DNA of 32,000 nt, taken from assembly GCF_000400465.1 (NCBI RefSeq), contig NW_008806278.1, positions 142,592-174,591 on the forward strand. Reading direction: 5' to 3'. The translations under genes were made by a program, and so were the position numbers. The notes below the pieces were generated by a model that was not told the DNA's origin, made no database searches, and worked only from the letters and a program-made list of their open reading frames with translations. This DNA is from Wallemia ichthyophaga EXF-994 (Eukaryota; Fungi; Basidiomycota). Shown here piece by piece: positions 1-12,191 of this stretch. The first letter of the stretch is position 1. Every line of letters begins with the position of its first letter.

Positions 1-50
1 GCGAGTGAAAGAGAGAGAAGGAATAATATTAAAAACACCTCCAGTGCCGT

Positions 51-2194
51 CTATAATTCACTCAATGTATATTCACCATTAGCGTAAGCGATTGAGAGGT
101 CGACTTCCTCGCCAAACCCGTTATGGCTATGCCTTAGCCTATCGAGCTGCCTCTCCCTACTCACACAACTCGGCTTCTTATCTTTATTTGTCGAAGGTGA
201 GAATGAGCTGCGAGCGCGATTGAGGAGTGAGTTTGAGCGTGAGCGGAAGAACCCGTAGCTGTCATTGCCGCTACTCTTGTTGCTCTTGTTGCTACCGCTG
301 CGCTGCACTACGTCCGTTTGCATCATCTGCGCAGTCTGCGCAGGTGGGGTATGAATAGGAGGCAAAGCGCAGCCTTCATCATCTACACTCCCATCCCTAC
401 CGAAACTTACGGAGGCGGCGTGTGCAAAAGCGTCGTTGAAATCTACTCCGTCTGCTCCCGGTAACTCTTCCTCCTCCGCTACCTCCTTCTCCTCCTCCCG
501 CTCCTGCTCCTGCTCTTCTTCCTCGATCCGCCCACTTGGCGCAGAGTACGCCGCCATCGGGAACCGCCAATCGACAAGCAGCGAATGGGGGCGGACAGGG
601 CGGTCATCATCGTCTGGAGGGTGAATGTGTGAAGGTGAGTGTGAGGTTGAGTGTGAGTGATTTTCACTATTGTCTTGCATCTCACAAAGATCTTCCTCTC
701 GCCCACTCTTTCTTTCCTCTTGCTCCCGCTCCCACTCCTCCCACTCCTCCCGCTGCTCCGCCTCAATCTGGCAGCGCAAGTCCCTCTCAAAGCGAGCGTC
801 TACACGAGCCTCTTCCAAATCTCTGTGTGCGCGATCAAGTGCCTCTCTACAATTGTCGAGGTCTCCCGTAAGCAATAAAACATGCTCACGCATCTCGCGC
901 ACCATCTTCACCTGCGCCGTATGCTCATGAATCGAAGGTAGCTGATCCAATCTAGCTCGCAATCGCTGCACGACCTCCTCACTAGCCTCCCGCTCTCGCC
1001 GCTCTTGCGCCAACTCCCTCTCTGCCGCTTCGTGCTTATCACGGTACTCACCCAGCTCGTCGTGAATTTGAGCAAGCTGCTGCTCTAGAAAGGCGCGAGT
1101 GGATGGTGATCCATATAGCTCCGTCTCCGTTGACCCACTTGAACTTATCGACCCTGAACGTGCTTTGTTGACTAGGTTTAGTTGTTTTGGTGGTGTTTTG
1201 TTGGTGGTTCCGTTGCTCGCATTTCCACTTCCAACCACTCCCGCCAGATCATCCATCTTGTCGTCACTCCTACGGTATTGTATCGAGCCTTTGCGACGAG
1301 GTGGCGTGCTAACGCTGCTTACATTTATATCTGTATGCGCCGTGGTATTTGCATCATTGCTGCTACTGTTCCCGCTAGGTATAGGTGGCATCCCTCCATA
1401 GTCAAAATCAGCACTCTTCCCAAACGACGCATTCGTCAGCGGTGAGCTGAGCGAGTTTGATGTGGCAATTGAAGAGTGCGAATGCGAGTACGAATTTGCA
1501 TTCGACATTTCCGATGAGGTTGACCCACTGCGCTGGAACGATGGCGGTTGAGACACCTTACTGGTAAAATTGAAAGGAGATTTAGTGTTTTGATTGTGCA
1601 TCGATAGAGGTCTAATAGGACGTTGAGGTGCAGCATTCTTCATCAGACTATCCAAATCTACAGAATTGCGCTTGGTTTTGTAGCTTTTGAAGGAGCTCGT
1701 CGGATTGCGCGGTTTCGATCCACCATCATCATCCTCTTCCTCCTCCAGCAGTGCGCCTAATTGAGGAATTTGAGATATGGACATAGGTGAATGTCTTGTA
1801 GGGTGAATAGGAATATTTTCAGACGCTGTGAAGAGAGTTAGCGGGTTTTGCATTAGTGAGACATCGACTAACAACTCAATTGCTCCAGTTGAGCGGTCGT
1901 AGGCATAACCAGTGACATACTGCCACCGCTTTCATTCATATCATAGTTTTGAGCAGATTCATCGGTTGATTTCGGAGAAAACGTGTCGTCGTCGTCATTA
2001 TCGAGAATATCATTCCCAGACATGAGCTGCATAGAGTGGGAACGTGTGGATACAGAGGAGTGCCTCTTGTGGGAGTGTTTCCTGCCATGAGAAGGACGTG
2101 GAGATGGCTGTGTGGGTGATGGCTGAGAAGGACTACCTGGGCTAGCTGGGCTGCCGCCGAAAGAGAAGCCACCGTTATCACCAGTGAATCCCAT
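51..2194 (-). CDS. Uncharacterised Ser/Glu-rich protein with central coiled coil (~698 aa if two exons; the 3' end may be spliced further)
   Basis: ORF 1868..2194 joins ORF 51..1874 in frame through a 47-nt intron at 1826..1872 (GTTAGT donor, GCTAAC branch, CACAG acceptor). Heptad-like E/R-rich segment (LEQQLAQIHDELGEYRDK...). No family recognised. A GTGAGT near position 165 may be a further donor. Confidence 0.75.
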
Positions 2195-2276
2195 TAAATT
2201 AGATAGATTGGGTATAATTTAATAGATAGGAATATAATTTAGATGGAAGTAGCTCTACAACCAACAACCAATCAAA

Positions 2277-3137
2277 ATGGATAGAACGGTTGAATTTAGA
2301 CAGTGTCTATTAATTAACTCCAATTCCTTTAAAATTCCAAGTAAACCTAGAAATTCTAAAGCACCACAGCCAATTCAGCTAAACGAAGAGTCCAAATCCT
2401 TACTAGACAATCTCAATAATGTTAATAACGTGATCAACTCTATCGACAGCTCTACCAATCTCGCCGTGTTGGATGAAGAGATCAGCTCCATCTTAAAGCT
2501 GTCGAGCAGCCGGCTCAAGCTACTCGACGACAAGATTGAACAAAGTCTCTCTACCTCGTATGTAGATACGCTGCTTGGTCAATCAAGCAACCCCGTCCAC
2601 AAACAACACCAATACGGCAAACTCATCTCGCTAAACGCTTTCCTTTTTAAACTGTCCCATAAGTATCAGAAAATACAGCAGAGTTCTTCCAAGAAACATA
2701 AAATTATACCACAGTACGCTCAGTTAGAGGATGTTGATATACCCACGCCTTCGACCAATCACTCACACCTTTCCCCTCAACAGACTCTACTTTTAGACAA
2801 AGAATCTGAAGCACTCAGGAACTCCGATAAACAAGACTTAATCGCACTCGAAAAAGCTCAACACTCCCTCCTCTCCATCACCAACTTACAGTCTGAGATC
2901 ATGACTCATCTCACCCAACAGTCCCATCTCGTCGAACAACTATACGACGACTCCTTGACTAGCACAGGAAGCCTCGGTGACGCTTCCAAACAACTCTTCA
3001 AAGCCAAAGACAATCAGTCTTCTTCGAGACTGTTCATTATCTTTTTCTTTTTCATCGCTGGCTTTTCTTTACTGTTCTTAGAGTGAGTAATTAACCCCTC
3101 CAACAACCATCTAACTCTCTTCAGGTTCTACGACTGA
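2277..3137 (+). CDS. UFE1: ER t-SNARE, syntaxin-18/Ufe1 family (272 aa)
   Basis: N-terminal MDRTVEF motif, C-terminal SNARE helix (IEQ-like ..QHSLLSITNLQSEIMTHLTQQSHLVEQLYDDS..) and terminal TM segment. A 42-nt intron (3083..3124, GTGAGT..CTAAC..CAG) gives the ending LFLEFYD*, typical of STX18/Ufe1. Confidence 0.85.
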
Positions 3138-3527
3138 TCCTCATAAACTGTAATACCCACTCATCACGTATGCATTCTCCATGTCATCTGTACCTAGATC
3201 TGAGCAGACCTGTCTGCCGACCTTTCTGATTAGTCGAATGCTCTTTTTGGGCTTGGTAGATCTATCTATGACCCCAATTCTCTTCCTTTCACGTTGGCGC
3301 CAAAGCCATTTCAAGTGAAGAATGACATGTTCCGCAAGGTACAAACGCCTTGTGAGCGGTGCATGCATAATGAAGGTCCCATTCCGTAGGCTTTGAGCAT
3401 TTGACAAGTTGCATGTGATCTTTATTGGCTTGTGCTGCCCAGTGCGTTTAAATTTCCCCCTGTAATGCTGTTTTACTAGAGGGGTGGAGCCCTATATGCC
3501 AAGGCCTCAAATTGAGATACCTTAGTG

Positions 3528-3738
3528 AAATATTGTGATCTAAGCGATTTCATAGATACTTTTCCCACATCTTTGTCCCCATAATTTGAATCTTCGAAAT
3601 GCACCCGGTCTACGCAAACACTCGATTTCAGAGTTTTGATGACCCCCACTTTCTATACCTAAGTCTCTTCTCCAAAGTGTGAAGTGATGTAAAATAGCAA
3701 TATTCATTTCTTGGAGTCTGATTTAATAGCTGTGGACG
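3528..3738 (+). repeat. Diverged dispersed repeat, copy A (homologous to 31793..32000)
   Basis: Hand alignment: 47/75 and 46/66 identical nt in two ungapped blocks; exact 13-mer CGATTTCAGAGTT at 3623-3635 and 31889-31901. Confidence 0.8.
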
Positions 3739-4575
3739 TCATCTTTCGTAAAACGTTTTTCGCGTTTATATAGCCGTATAGTGGAGATTTTGGGTGCTTG
3801 TGGTCTCTATAAGACAGAGCAATTTGCATCTATTGATTAAACGTGTGGTATCCTCGACATCCATCTTATGTCGAGCGCTAGTGCGATTTTGGACAATTGC
3901 CTCCTATCAGCGTGCAGTGTGCAATATGGAGCACCAAAGATCTTGATCTAGCAAATTCATATTCTTACTTGTCAGAGCTATCTATAAATTTCTTTTATTT
4001 GGAAATTATCAGAATTCGTAAATCGTCATCTGAGATGAGATAGATGGTAGCGGAGAATCCCAAGTCGGTGAACGCTGAGCGGAGGGATGATACAGCGGTA
4101 GATTTGAAATGCTGAAGAGCCAATGAAAAGTATTATGTGGTTTATTTTGTATATATTTCTATTATATGACTTTACCGTACTAATCTTCTTCCCTGTTTTG
4201 CCACTTGCACGGTGATCCCAGCATACTTTATTCGATAGAGTGGTCCGTATTCTCAACATCATCCGATGTAATCACTAATCAGACGAATCAAATCACCCTA
4301 CTACCTCACAAAATCACGCTGCGAGTACTCTACTAACCGAAGCAGTATAACGACGAGGAAATTCAAAACTGCAGTCCTAAAAATTTCATTCCTTGAATAC
4401 TGCCACATTTGAAGCCTATTAGTGAAGAGAAAAGGCAATCGGCGGTGCTTATCTGATGCACGGAGAAGACCTGTATGCGTCGACCGAACGAGGCTTTCAG
4501 CGCGAAACACATCCAGTGTAATAAAGCGTGTAGAGTGTTTCTACTTTGCAGACACCACATTATCCCTGTTGAACC

Positions 4576-4842
4576 ATGTCTATCAACCCTCTAATCCCCG
4601 GAGTGAACAACAAGTTCCTGCTCATTACCAACATAATATTCACGCTGCTCTTCTTCAACTTGGTGTTCTTGATACTAGCGGTAGACTACGATAATGGAAG
4701 AACGCACGTGATAGCTCTCACGGGAGTCGTCGTTGCGTTGTGGACGACTGTGAACTGGTGAGCTCAACGAGCAAGGAAACTACAGCGCTAAAGACGACGC
4801 AGGTTCTACTATGAGCTGTCAAAGACCAAGAAGACAGAATAA
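4576..4842 (+). CDS. PKR1: V-ATPase assembly factor Pkr1 (73 aa, two TM helices)
   Basis: The spliced product MSINPLIPGVNNKFLLITNIIFTLLFFNLVFLILA...HVIALTGVVVALWTTVNW|FYYELSK matches the Pkr1 pattern (PG..LL.ATN..F..L; H...L..L...LW..INWF..EL). 45-nt intron at 4758..4802. Confidence 0.8.
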
Positions 4843-4900
4843 AACGTTTTGTAATATCCATTGATAAGCCTCTTGATCTCACACGACGACCTGTTCGTTC

Positions 4901-7900
4901 ATGCACAAACGGAACTCGAATAATTCCATTTTCCAGACAGACGAAGATATCAGCGGCAAGAAGGGATATCACAAGCCGTTTGACACTGCTCCATCCTGCC
5001 CCAGCCCGCTCTCTTCGGCCAAGGTTATCTCATCTTCCAACTTGCAATGCGATGCAGACGTGCCCAAGCTGGCTTTGAGCAGCAGCGTCGAAGAGAGCAA
5101 GCCTGCGTGAGTACAAATCTTTAATCGTCTTCGAATTCTGACCACTTACAGCCAATCTCCATCCCACATTCCTCCGCAGAGCCAGCAGCAGCCGAGCACG
5201 TCGCCATCATCCATGGATATCTCTCCTAGATCCCATGTGGCTCCGCTCCCTCAAAGCCAGCCTCCGCGGCCGCCTCTCGTCTTCACCAAATCTCAACCCG
5301 TGGTGAAGTCACCTGTCGCCGCAACTCCGGACACAAACCACTATGCAGCACTCATTCTCCAGAGCAGAGAAGTCAAGCTCAATAAATGGCGCAACTCTTC
5401 CAATGTCCCCTCAACCTTATCGGCCTCCGTTACACCATCCTCCATCCGCCGAAATCAATCACATCATATTCGTAGGGGCTCAGCAGATGTTAGGACTCTT
5501 CAGAGTCCCAGCCCAAATAACAAAGAGCCTCTACGTCGTATGCGCACGGTCAGTGTCGCAGAGCCATCGTTCGAACACCACTTACATCGTTCGAGCTCTG
5601 TGTCGCAGAATCCATCATCTGACGATAGGGATGTTAAGTGGGTCGATTGGCTGGAGGAGTACCAGCAAATGAAAGAGGCAAAGATCATGTCCGATCAGAT
5701 ACAGGCGTCTTCAGAGACACTCACCCCCAAGTCTATCCACCAGAGTCCAGTCATCCGCTCACCACCATCAGCTCAGCCCAAGCCACCTCCGCCATCTTAT
5801 CAGCAGCATCCAGACTTCCGCTTCCCCCAACGCAAGCCATCATCTGCCTCTTTAACGACTGATGTCAAATCAAGGTATCTGGGTCCACCCAATACTAATT
5901 CGCCGTCGCCAGCTAGTTCAATTAGTAGGCCAGAGCTGCGCAGGAAGAAGAGCCATCAGCTAGGTGCCAAAATCGAGAGCTGGTGGTCTGCAGTCAAGAC
6001 AAACTTCTTATCAGGTACCTCCAAATCAAACGAAAAGGATGATGAAACGATGCCAATGTACAGCCATAAAGGGAAAGAGCCAGAGCAACTAACATCTCTC
6101 ACTCTACCAGATTTCACAGACCCATTCTCCTCAATGCCTGGCGAATACTTCGGCACAGAGCCGTCTCCTGAAATCAGATCGCCCAACTCTCAACAATCAC
6201 TGCTCACTGCTCAATTGCGAGGAAAAACATCGCCTCAGCCAAACGAACAGTCATCTGGAGACTCAATACGAGGTTCTCTCACCGCGTTGGGTATTAATAC
6301 GGGTGTAGCTCCCAGCTTGAACACACAGGCACAACTACCCAATGCAGAGAGCTTCCCTAAAAATTTCTTTGTAGATGATTCAGATTCCGATCGCCGTCAG
6401 TCGAGCGTGCAAGGAATGCCAGTCTCGGCAATGCAATCGCAGATAAAAGCAAGGTTGACTAATGCAAAGCAGCAAGCTAATAGGGAAGTACAATGGGTAA
6501 CTAACCAAGTGACTGAGTACGTTGAAAATGAGCTAAGAAGGAATAAAGATCAAGATGAAGAGAACGATGCGGTTGATGATAACGAGGTGGCACTTTCGTT
6601 GAATGATTCTCCAACAGCTTCTTCAATAGGGTTTGATGCCTTACCCTCATCTTACTCAAACCAATCAATTCCAAACCGCGGGATCGGCGTGTCTATGCCA
6701 CGCAAGTCATCAACATCACGCAGATTCTCGGCTTCTTTTGTACCCACCTCGCCAATTCGAAAGATATCAATGCATAATCTAGATGCAGTGAAGCAGGCTT
6801 CGTCCCCAGTCAACGTCAGCCCACAAAAGTCTAGTTTTAGGAGAGTATCGCAAGTACCATTGAGGTACAGACAGAGATCAATAAGCTCATCCCGTTCGCC
6901 AAGTCGCAGACGATCACCACCGCCATCGACGATGGAAAACACTGCGGACTTGGACGACGATCTGGATGACTTGGAGAATGAAGATGAGGATGATGATGAT
7001 TTTATGAAAGTGCTCCAAGATCTCATTCTTATCGGTCAGGAGGTTATAGATACACCATTGAGCACCTACACGAGCATTCCAGACCTATGTCGGTCGACAG
7101 TCCAGCGCGCGCGTCATTTAGGTACCAAATGGGACGCCAACCCCTCGTGGGATGGAAGACAGTGGTATATACAGTTTCTGCTTGCTGTGGCTGGACTCAG
7201 CCGCATAGTCGAATGGTGGGAAGGTGAGTGTTAATAATATTCTCTATTGCGGATCTAACGAGCACATTAAAGCTGAAAAAGGATTCTGGAACTTTAACGA
7301 GAGTGATGACGAAAAAGACCCTATTCGTTTTGTGGTGCGCGGTGACGACAACAATGTCTGGATAAAGAATCCTGATGAGTTGTCTCCTAAACCAGCCACC
7401 GTACTGCGATACGACCAACAGCCACTAGCGCAGTCACAACATCGACCATCAAGTGTGCGCTCTTCGCCACCAATGAGTCTAGCATCAAAACCATTGGCCC
7501 CCAACGAGTCTACTACATCGATTAATCGTGTACAAGAGGACCAGGTTGGTGAAAATGAACCAGATAACGATTCTCAGCAGAACAAACGTCCCGAAGATCT
7601 CGATAGAGCTGCTGGCGTCGAACGCACTCAGCACATATTGATTGATCTAAGCCTGGACGATGCTAAGTTCCAATTCATCGCTCCTTCATGGGCAGATGTT
7701 GTTGGGTGGGTAACTCAGTTTTTAGTGTCCTATGCTTACATATCTCAAGCTCTAACCCCGATGATCTCTATGGCAGACCAATATCCGAGGTCCTCGCACC
7801 CGAAGACGAGACCGTTTTCATAGAAGCTACGCAAGCATTCCGCAAAGACGAAAATTCAATCAAGGAAGTGAGGTTCAGACTATATGTCGTACCAGAGAAT

Positions 7901-10900
7901 GCTCGTAATGGCGAAGAGATAGACTACGACTTCGATTTTGAGAATTATGCAGAGTTTGAAGCGAAAGGTATGATGATGAAGGAGCGATACACTGGCGACT
8001 TTACTCATACAATGTGGGTGATGAAGCCAGTTCCACCAACGAAGTACGACATCGAACAGCGGGAATCTGAAGCTGTAAGATCCGGAGGCGTGTTTGATTT
8101 GGAAGTTGCCCGACAGCAATCGACCATTCACCAACTCATCCTGTCAGGCAACAAAGCAGATTTGGAGAAGCCTCTTTTGTGCAGAATCTGTGAACTGGAA
8201 ATACCAATGTGGTTCTTTGAGAGACACAACGAAACTTGCAACGAAATTCACCGACTCGAGATGGATATTAACAGCATAAATGAAAATCTTGCAGAGTTTA
8301 TAGACATTATCAACGACCTGAAATGTGTTATTGGTGGTACGAAAGAGGGAGAAGCAATTTACGAAGGTACTAATTTCAAGCTCCTCATCGATGATCATGG
8401 CAGACGTTCAACTATCAAGCAAATCAGAATGCTCGATCATTTATTCGAAGGAGTTGAAACTGCATTGGATATCTCAACACCCGGTGCTAAGAATGAAGAA
8501 GAGGCTGAATTGCCAATTGAGCAGCAACGATTAGTTTCACCGTCGTCTGAAAGTAAATTTCAGCAGATCAGGATGTGGCAGAAGCCGATTACGGATGAAG
8601 ATGCCTTCATCAAATTGATCAACAACATCGAACCAGTTTTACAATCGAAGCTGAGAGCTGTGACGCGTATGCGTAACACCATTATATACACGGAGAAGAT
8701 TCACCACGACTGGGAGGAAGCTATTAAAAAAGAATTTGAAAGTGCCAGTGATAGTGCTAGTGGGGAGTCTTCTCAGGCCTCATCCCCAACTAAACAGGAC
8801 CCGCCTTGCTCGCGTGGAATGGACGAAAAAGGATCCAGCTCGCTTGCTCCATCTTATTATCCTTACGTTGGTAGCAGTGGCTTGCCATCCCGTACAGACA
8901 CTCCAGTCGAAGGTAAGAGTAGTAACAACAGCTCGAAGCAGATGAGTAGGAGGACATCTAAAGGCTCAATTAAAGCTTCTGGTCCTCCGCCGAAATCAGA
9001 GAAGAACGATAATGAATCTGAAAAAGAGAAAACGATAGTACCACGTCATTCGCAGTTATTCAACACAACGCATCCGTTCACAGAATCGCCCAAATCTTTA
9101 TTGGTACCACGAACCAACTCAACAGAGACATCAAGCGTATCGCCATCGAACACCTCCCCGCTGTCGCAGATTAGCGGCGACGGCTACTCGCTTTTACTGC
9201 AAGCAACATCGCCACCAATCGAAAAGAGTAGCACTAAAACTCACATGAAGAAGAGGAACAGTCTCAATGCATATACCAGTGCCATGCCAAGTGGTAGTCC
9301 ATCTACCAGCACCAAGTACGTTGGATTTGAAAGAAACAGAAGTGGATCGCCACACATACCCTCATTATTTACACGCGAGACAGAGTCACGTAGACTGAAT
9401 TCTAGAATCGGTCATCACTCTCCGCGCATGTCTTTCGTTCCGACTGCGCGTGCCACCCCTGCCAGCATACGCGACTTCGAAGTCATCAAACCTATCTCGA
9501 AGGGCGCGTTTGGAAGCGTATACCTGGCCAAAAAGAAGGCTACTGGAGACTACTACGCTATCAAGATACTGAGAAAGGCTGATATGATTGCCAAGAACCA
9601 AGTCACGAATGTCAGAGCAGAGCGGACAATTCTGATGTCTACCGCCGAATCACCGTTTGTTGCTAAGTTGTTTTTCACCTTCCAGACCAAAGAGCACCTC
9701 TTCTTGGTCATGGAGTATCTCAATGGCGGTGACTGTGCCTCACTCATCAAGCAACTCGGTGGTCTGAGCGAGGATTGGGCAAAGAGATATGTCGCCGAGG
9801 CTGTAGTGTGTCTAGAACATCTTCACGAGCAGGGTATCGTTCATCGGTAAGTTGTTGGGATATTTTACACCGCAAATTTAACTTTATGCAGTGATATGAA
9901 GCCTGACAATTTGCTCATTGACCAAAAAGGACATCTTAGGCTTACTGACTTTGGGTTATCGAAAATTGGTTTACTTGGTCGGCAGGCTAGAGGTACGACC
10001 GACCAGTCAAGGCAGAAGTCGCAACAGAGTCACGATTTAGATGTTCAAGGCATAACCTACCTTGCAAACCCGAATGAGAATACATCGATGCCGGCTTCAA
10101 ATTCGTTTATTCAATCCTACTTTTCAAACACTTGGGGTAGATCCAGACGTAATTCAGCTGTTTCGGACTCAGATTCATCTGGGAATAAGGCTGTGGGAAG
10201 AGGTACCCCTCCTGTTCATTCTGACGACTCACCCATCTTCAAGAGTAATCCCCAAGCATTTGCAGGCACACCCGATTATCTGGCGCCAGGTGGGTTATCG
10301 CAACTAAAGTGTTGGTGTTTGACTAACAAAACTTTAGAGACGATTCTTGGCTTTGGTGGTGACGACATGGCTGTAGACTGGTGGGCGATTGGCGTGATTC
10401 TTTATGAGTTCCTGTACGGAATCCCACCATTTAATGATGCCACGCCGTCGAAAGTATTTGAGAATATACTATCGAGAAGGATATCGTGGCATGAAGATGA
10501 TCCAGACTATCAAGTCTCACCAGATGCAAGAGACTTAATGGAGAGGTTGTTGTGCAGTGATCCTCAGAAGCGTTTAGGGGCAAATGGTGCATGGGAAGTC
10601 AAATCCCATCCGTTCTTCGCTGATATAGACTGGGAGAAGCTAATGACAATGGAGGCAGCGTTCATACCCGACGCAACAAACCCAGAGGACACGGATTATT
10701 TCGATCCAAGAGGAGCATTAAATGATGACTTTTCGGCGCAAATAGAAGCATTAAACAAGGCTGCCGACCAGCAATTTGAGCCTGCACCATCGACGCCGCC
10801 AATAAACTTCCCACAGTCACCATCAATCCCCATTGAGGGAGCCAATCCTTCGGAAACGGCTACTCCTGGACCTGGAACGCCAATTTCTGAGACTAGCTCG

Positions 10901-11904
10901 GCTTTATTCACAAATTCAAGCAACAGAGGTAGGACTCATGATGATTTCGGTCCATTCAGTTTCAAGAATCTGCCTGTTCTCAAACAAGCCAATGATGAGG
11001 TGATAAGGAAAATGAGGAACGAGTTTATGGGTCCAAGTAACTCAGTGTCTTCTGACGAGGAGCAGCTTTCACCTGTTGAGAGAGCAAAGAGAGGATCATC
11101 AGTCAAGCACCGCAAGTCGTCACTTTCTTCACAGAACAAAATAAGTAACTCGTACAATCTAAACTCAACAGGCCCACCATCTCCAACAACCAGCACAGCA
11201 TCCTCATCTCTGGCTGATTCAAATGGAATCAAGCGTAAGAGCTCACAAGCACATTCGAGGAAAACATCGGAGAGCTTGGCGGTAGAGAGGCTGAAGGCAC
11301 AGCTTGGTAAGGCAAAAGCGCCATTGCCGTCAAGTCGATCTAGAAATGTATCGATATCCGATCATTCTGAGTCAATGAAGGCATTGGACGTAGGCACACC
11401 ACCGACATCGATATCGTCAGCTGATTTAGCAAATGATCGACCTGTTGATGTGCTGCTGGCTGACGATAACCCGATTAGTTTGAAGATACTTGAAACCCTT
11501 CTGGCTAGATTGGGATGCCGGTGTGTTGTTGTTAGAGATGGCACTGAAGCGGTCAGCTGTGCTACAGGGGATATAGAATTTGATATCATGTTCTTTGATG
11601 TTGAAATGCCGAACTTGAATGGAGAAAGTGCCGCCAAGGCTATCAGAAACCTATCAAATCTCAACCAAAACAAACCGATTGTCGCTGTCAGTTCGTTCAA
11701 GACTACATTTAGAATACAAGAACAGGGCGTGTGGTCTGCGACGATGAACAAGCCGGTTCAAAAGTCACAACTTACTACGGTTATGAAGCATTTTGGGTGA
11801 GTCACCAATGATTCACAATCTCAAAGTGTACGACAGTACTAACAATCTATTCCAGATTCCATACAGCAGATCTAAGGCAATCTTTAGCATCGCATGTCGC
11901 TTAG
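4901..11904 (+). CDS. RIM15: Rim15/Cek1 (Greatwall-type) AGC Ser/Thr kinase with PAS, C2HC zinc finger, split kinase domain and C-terminal receiver domain (~2,237 aa)
   Basis: Seven exons joined in frame; introns at 5107-5151, 7224-7272, 7706-7749, 9847-9891, 10290-10337 and 11797-11855; exon total 6714 nt, divisible by 3. Motifs: CRICELEIPMWFFERHNETC; IKPISKGAFGSVYLAKKK; HRDMKPDN; DFG; GTPDYLAPE; receiver LLADDN..FFDVEMP..KPV. The start at 4901 is the least certain part. Confidence 0.93.
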
Positions 11905-12191
11905 AAGTCTCAAGTAAATTGACACAACAATGACCAAAATTGCATTTATGAAACACCTCACATCCGGTTCAAAAATTAGCGTAATGACTTTCACGATTTT
12001 GGTGTTGCAACGTACATCATTTCATTTCATATCTACCGAGTAATGAGTTGTATTATTTATATTTCATTATGTATATCACCGTGTAATGAATGTATGACGG
12101 ACAAGCAGGTCTGTTTAGTATTTTCATTCATAGGAGTAGTAATACATTTTACAAATGGTTGATCAGATTAATTAAATTGATTGATGAGTGC

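Noticed and set aside
436-930. Several short overlapping ORFs antisense or frame-shifted to the first gene, and similar shadow ORFs within RIM15, the sorting nexin and UBX
   Set aside because: These are by-products of low-complexity, GC-richer coding sequence, with no recognisable motifs.
3466-3490. GCTGTTTTACTAGAG resembling U5 snRNA loop 1
   Set aside because: It does not match the invariant GCCUUUUAC loop, and there is no supporting stem or Sm site.
3636-3721. Possible box C/D snoRNA (TTGATGA...CTGA)
   Set aside because: No terminal stem, no rRNA guide that I recognise, and the boxes are not conserved in homologous copy B.
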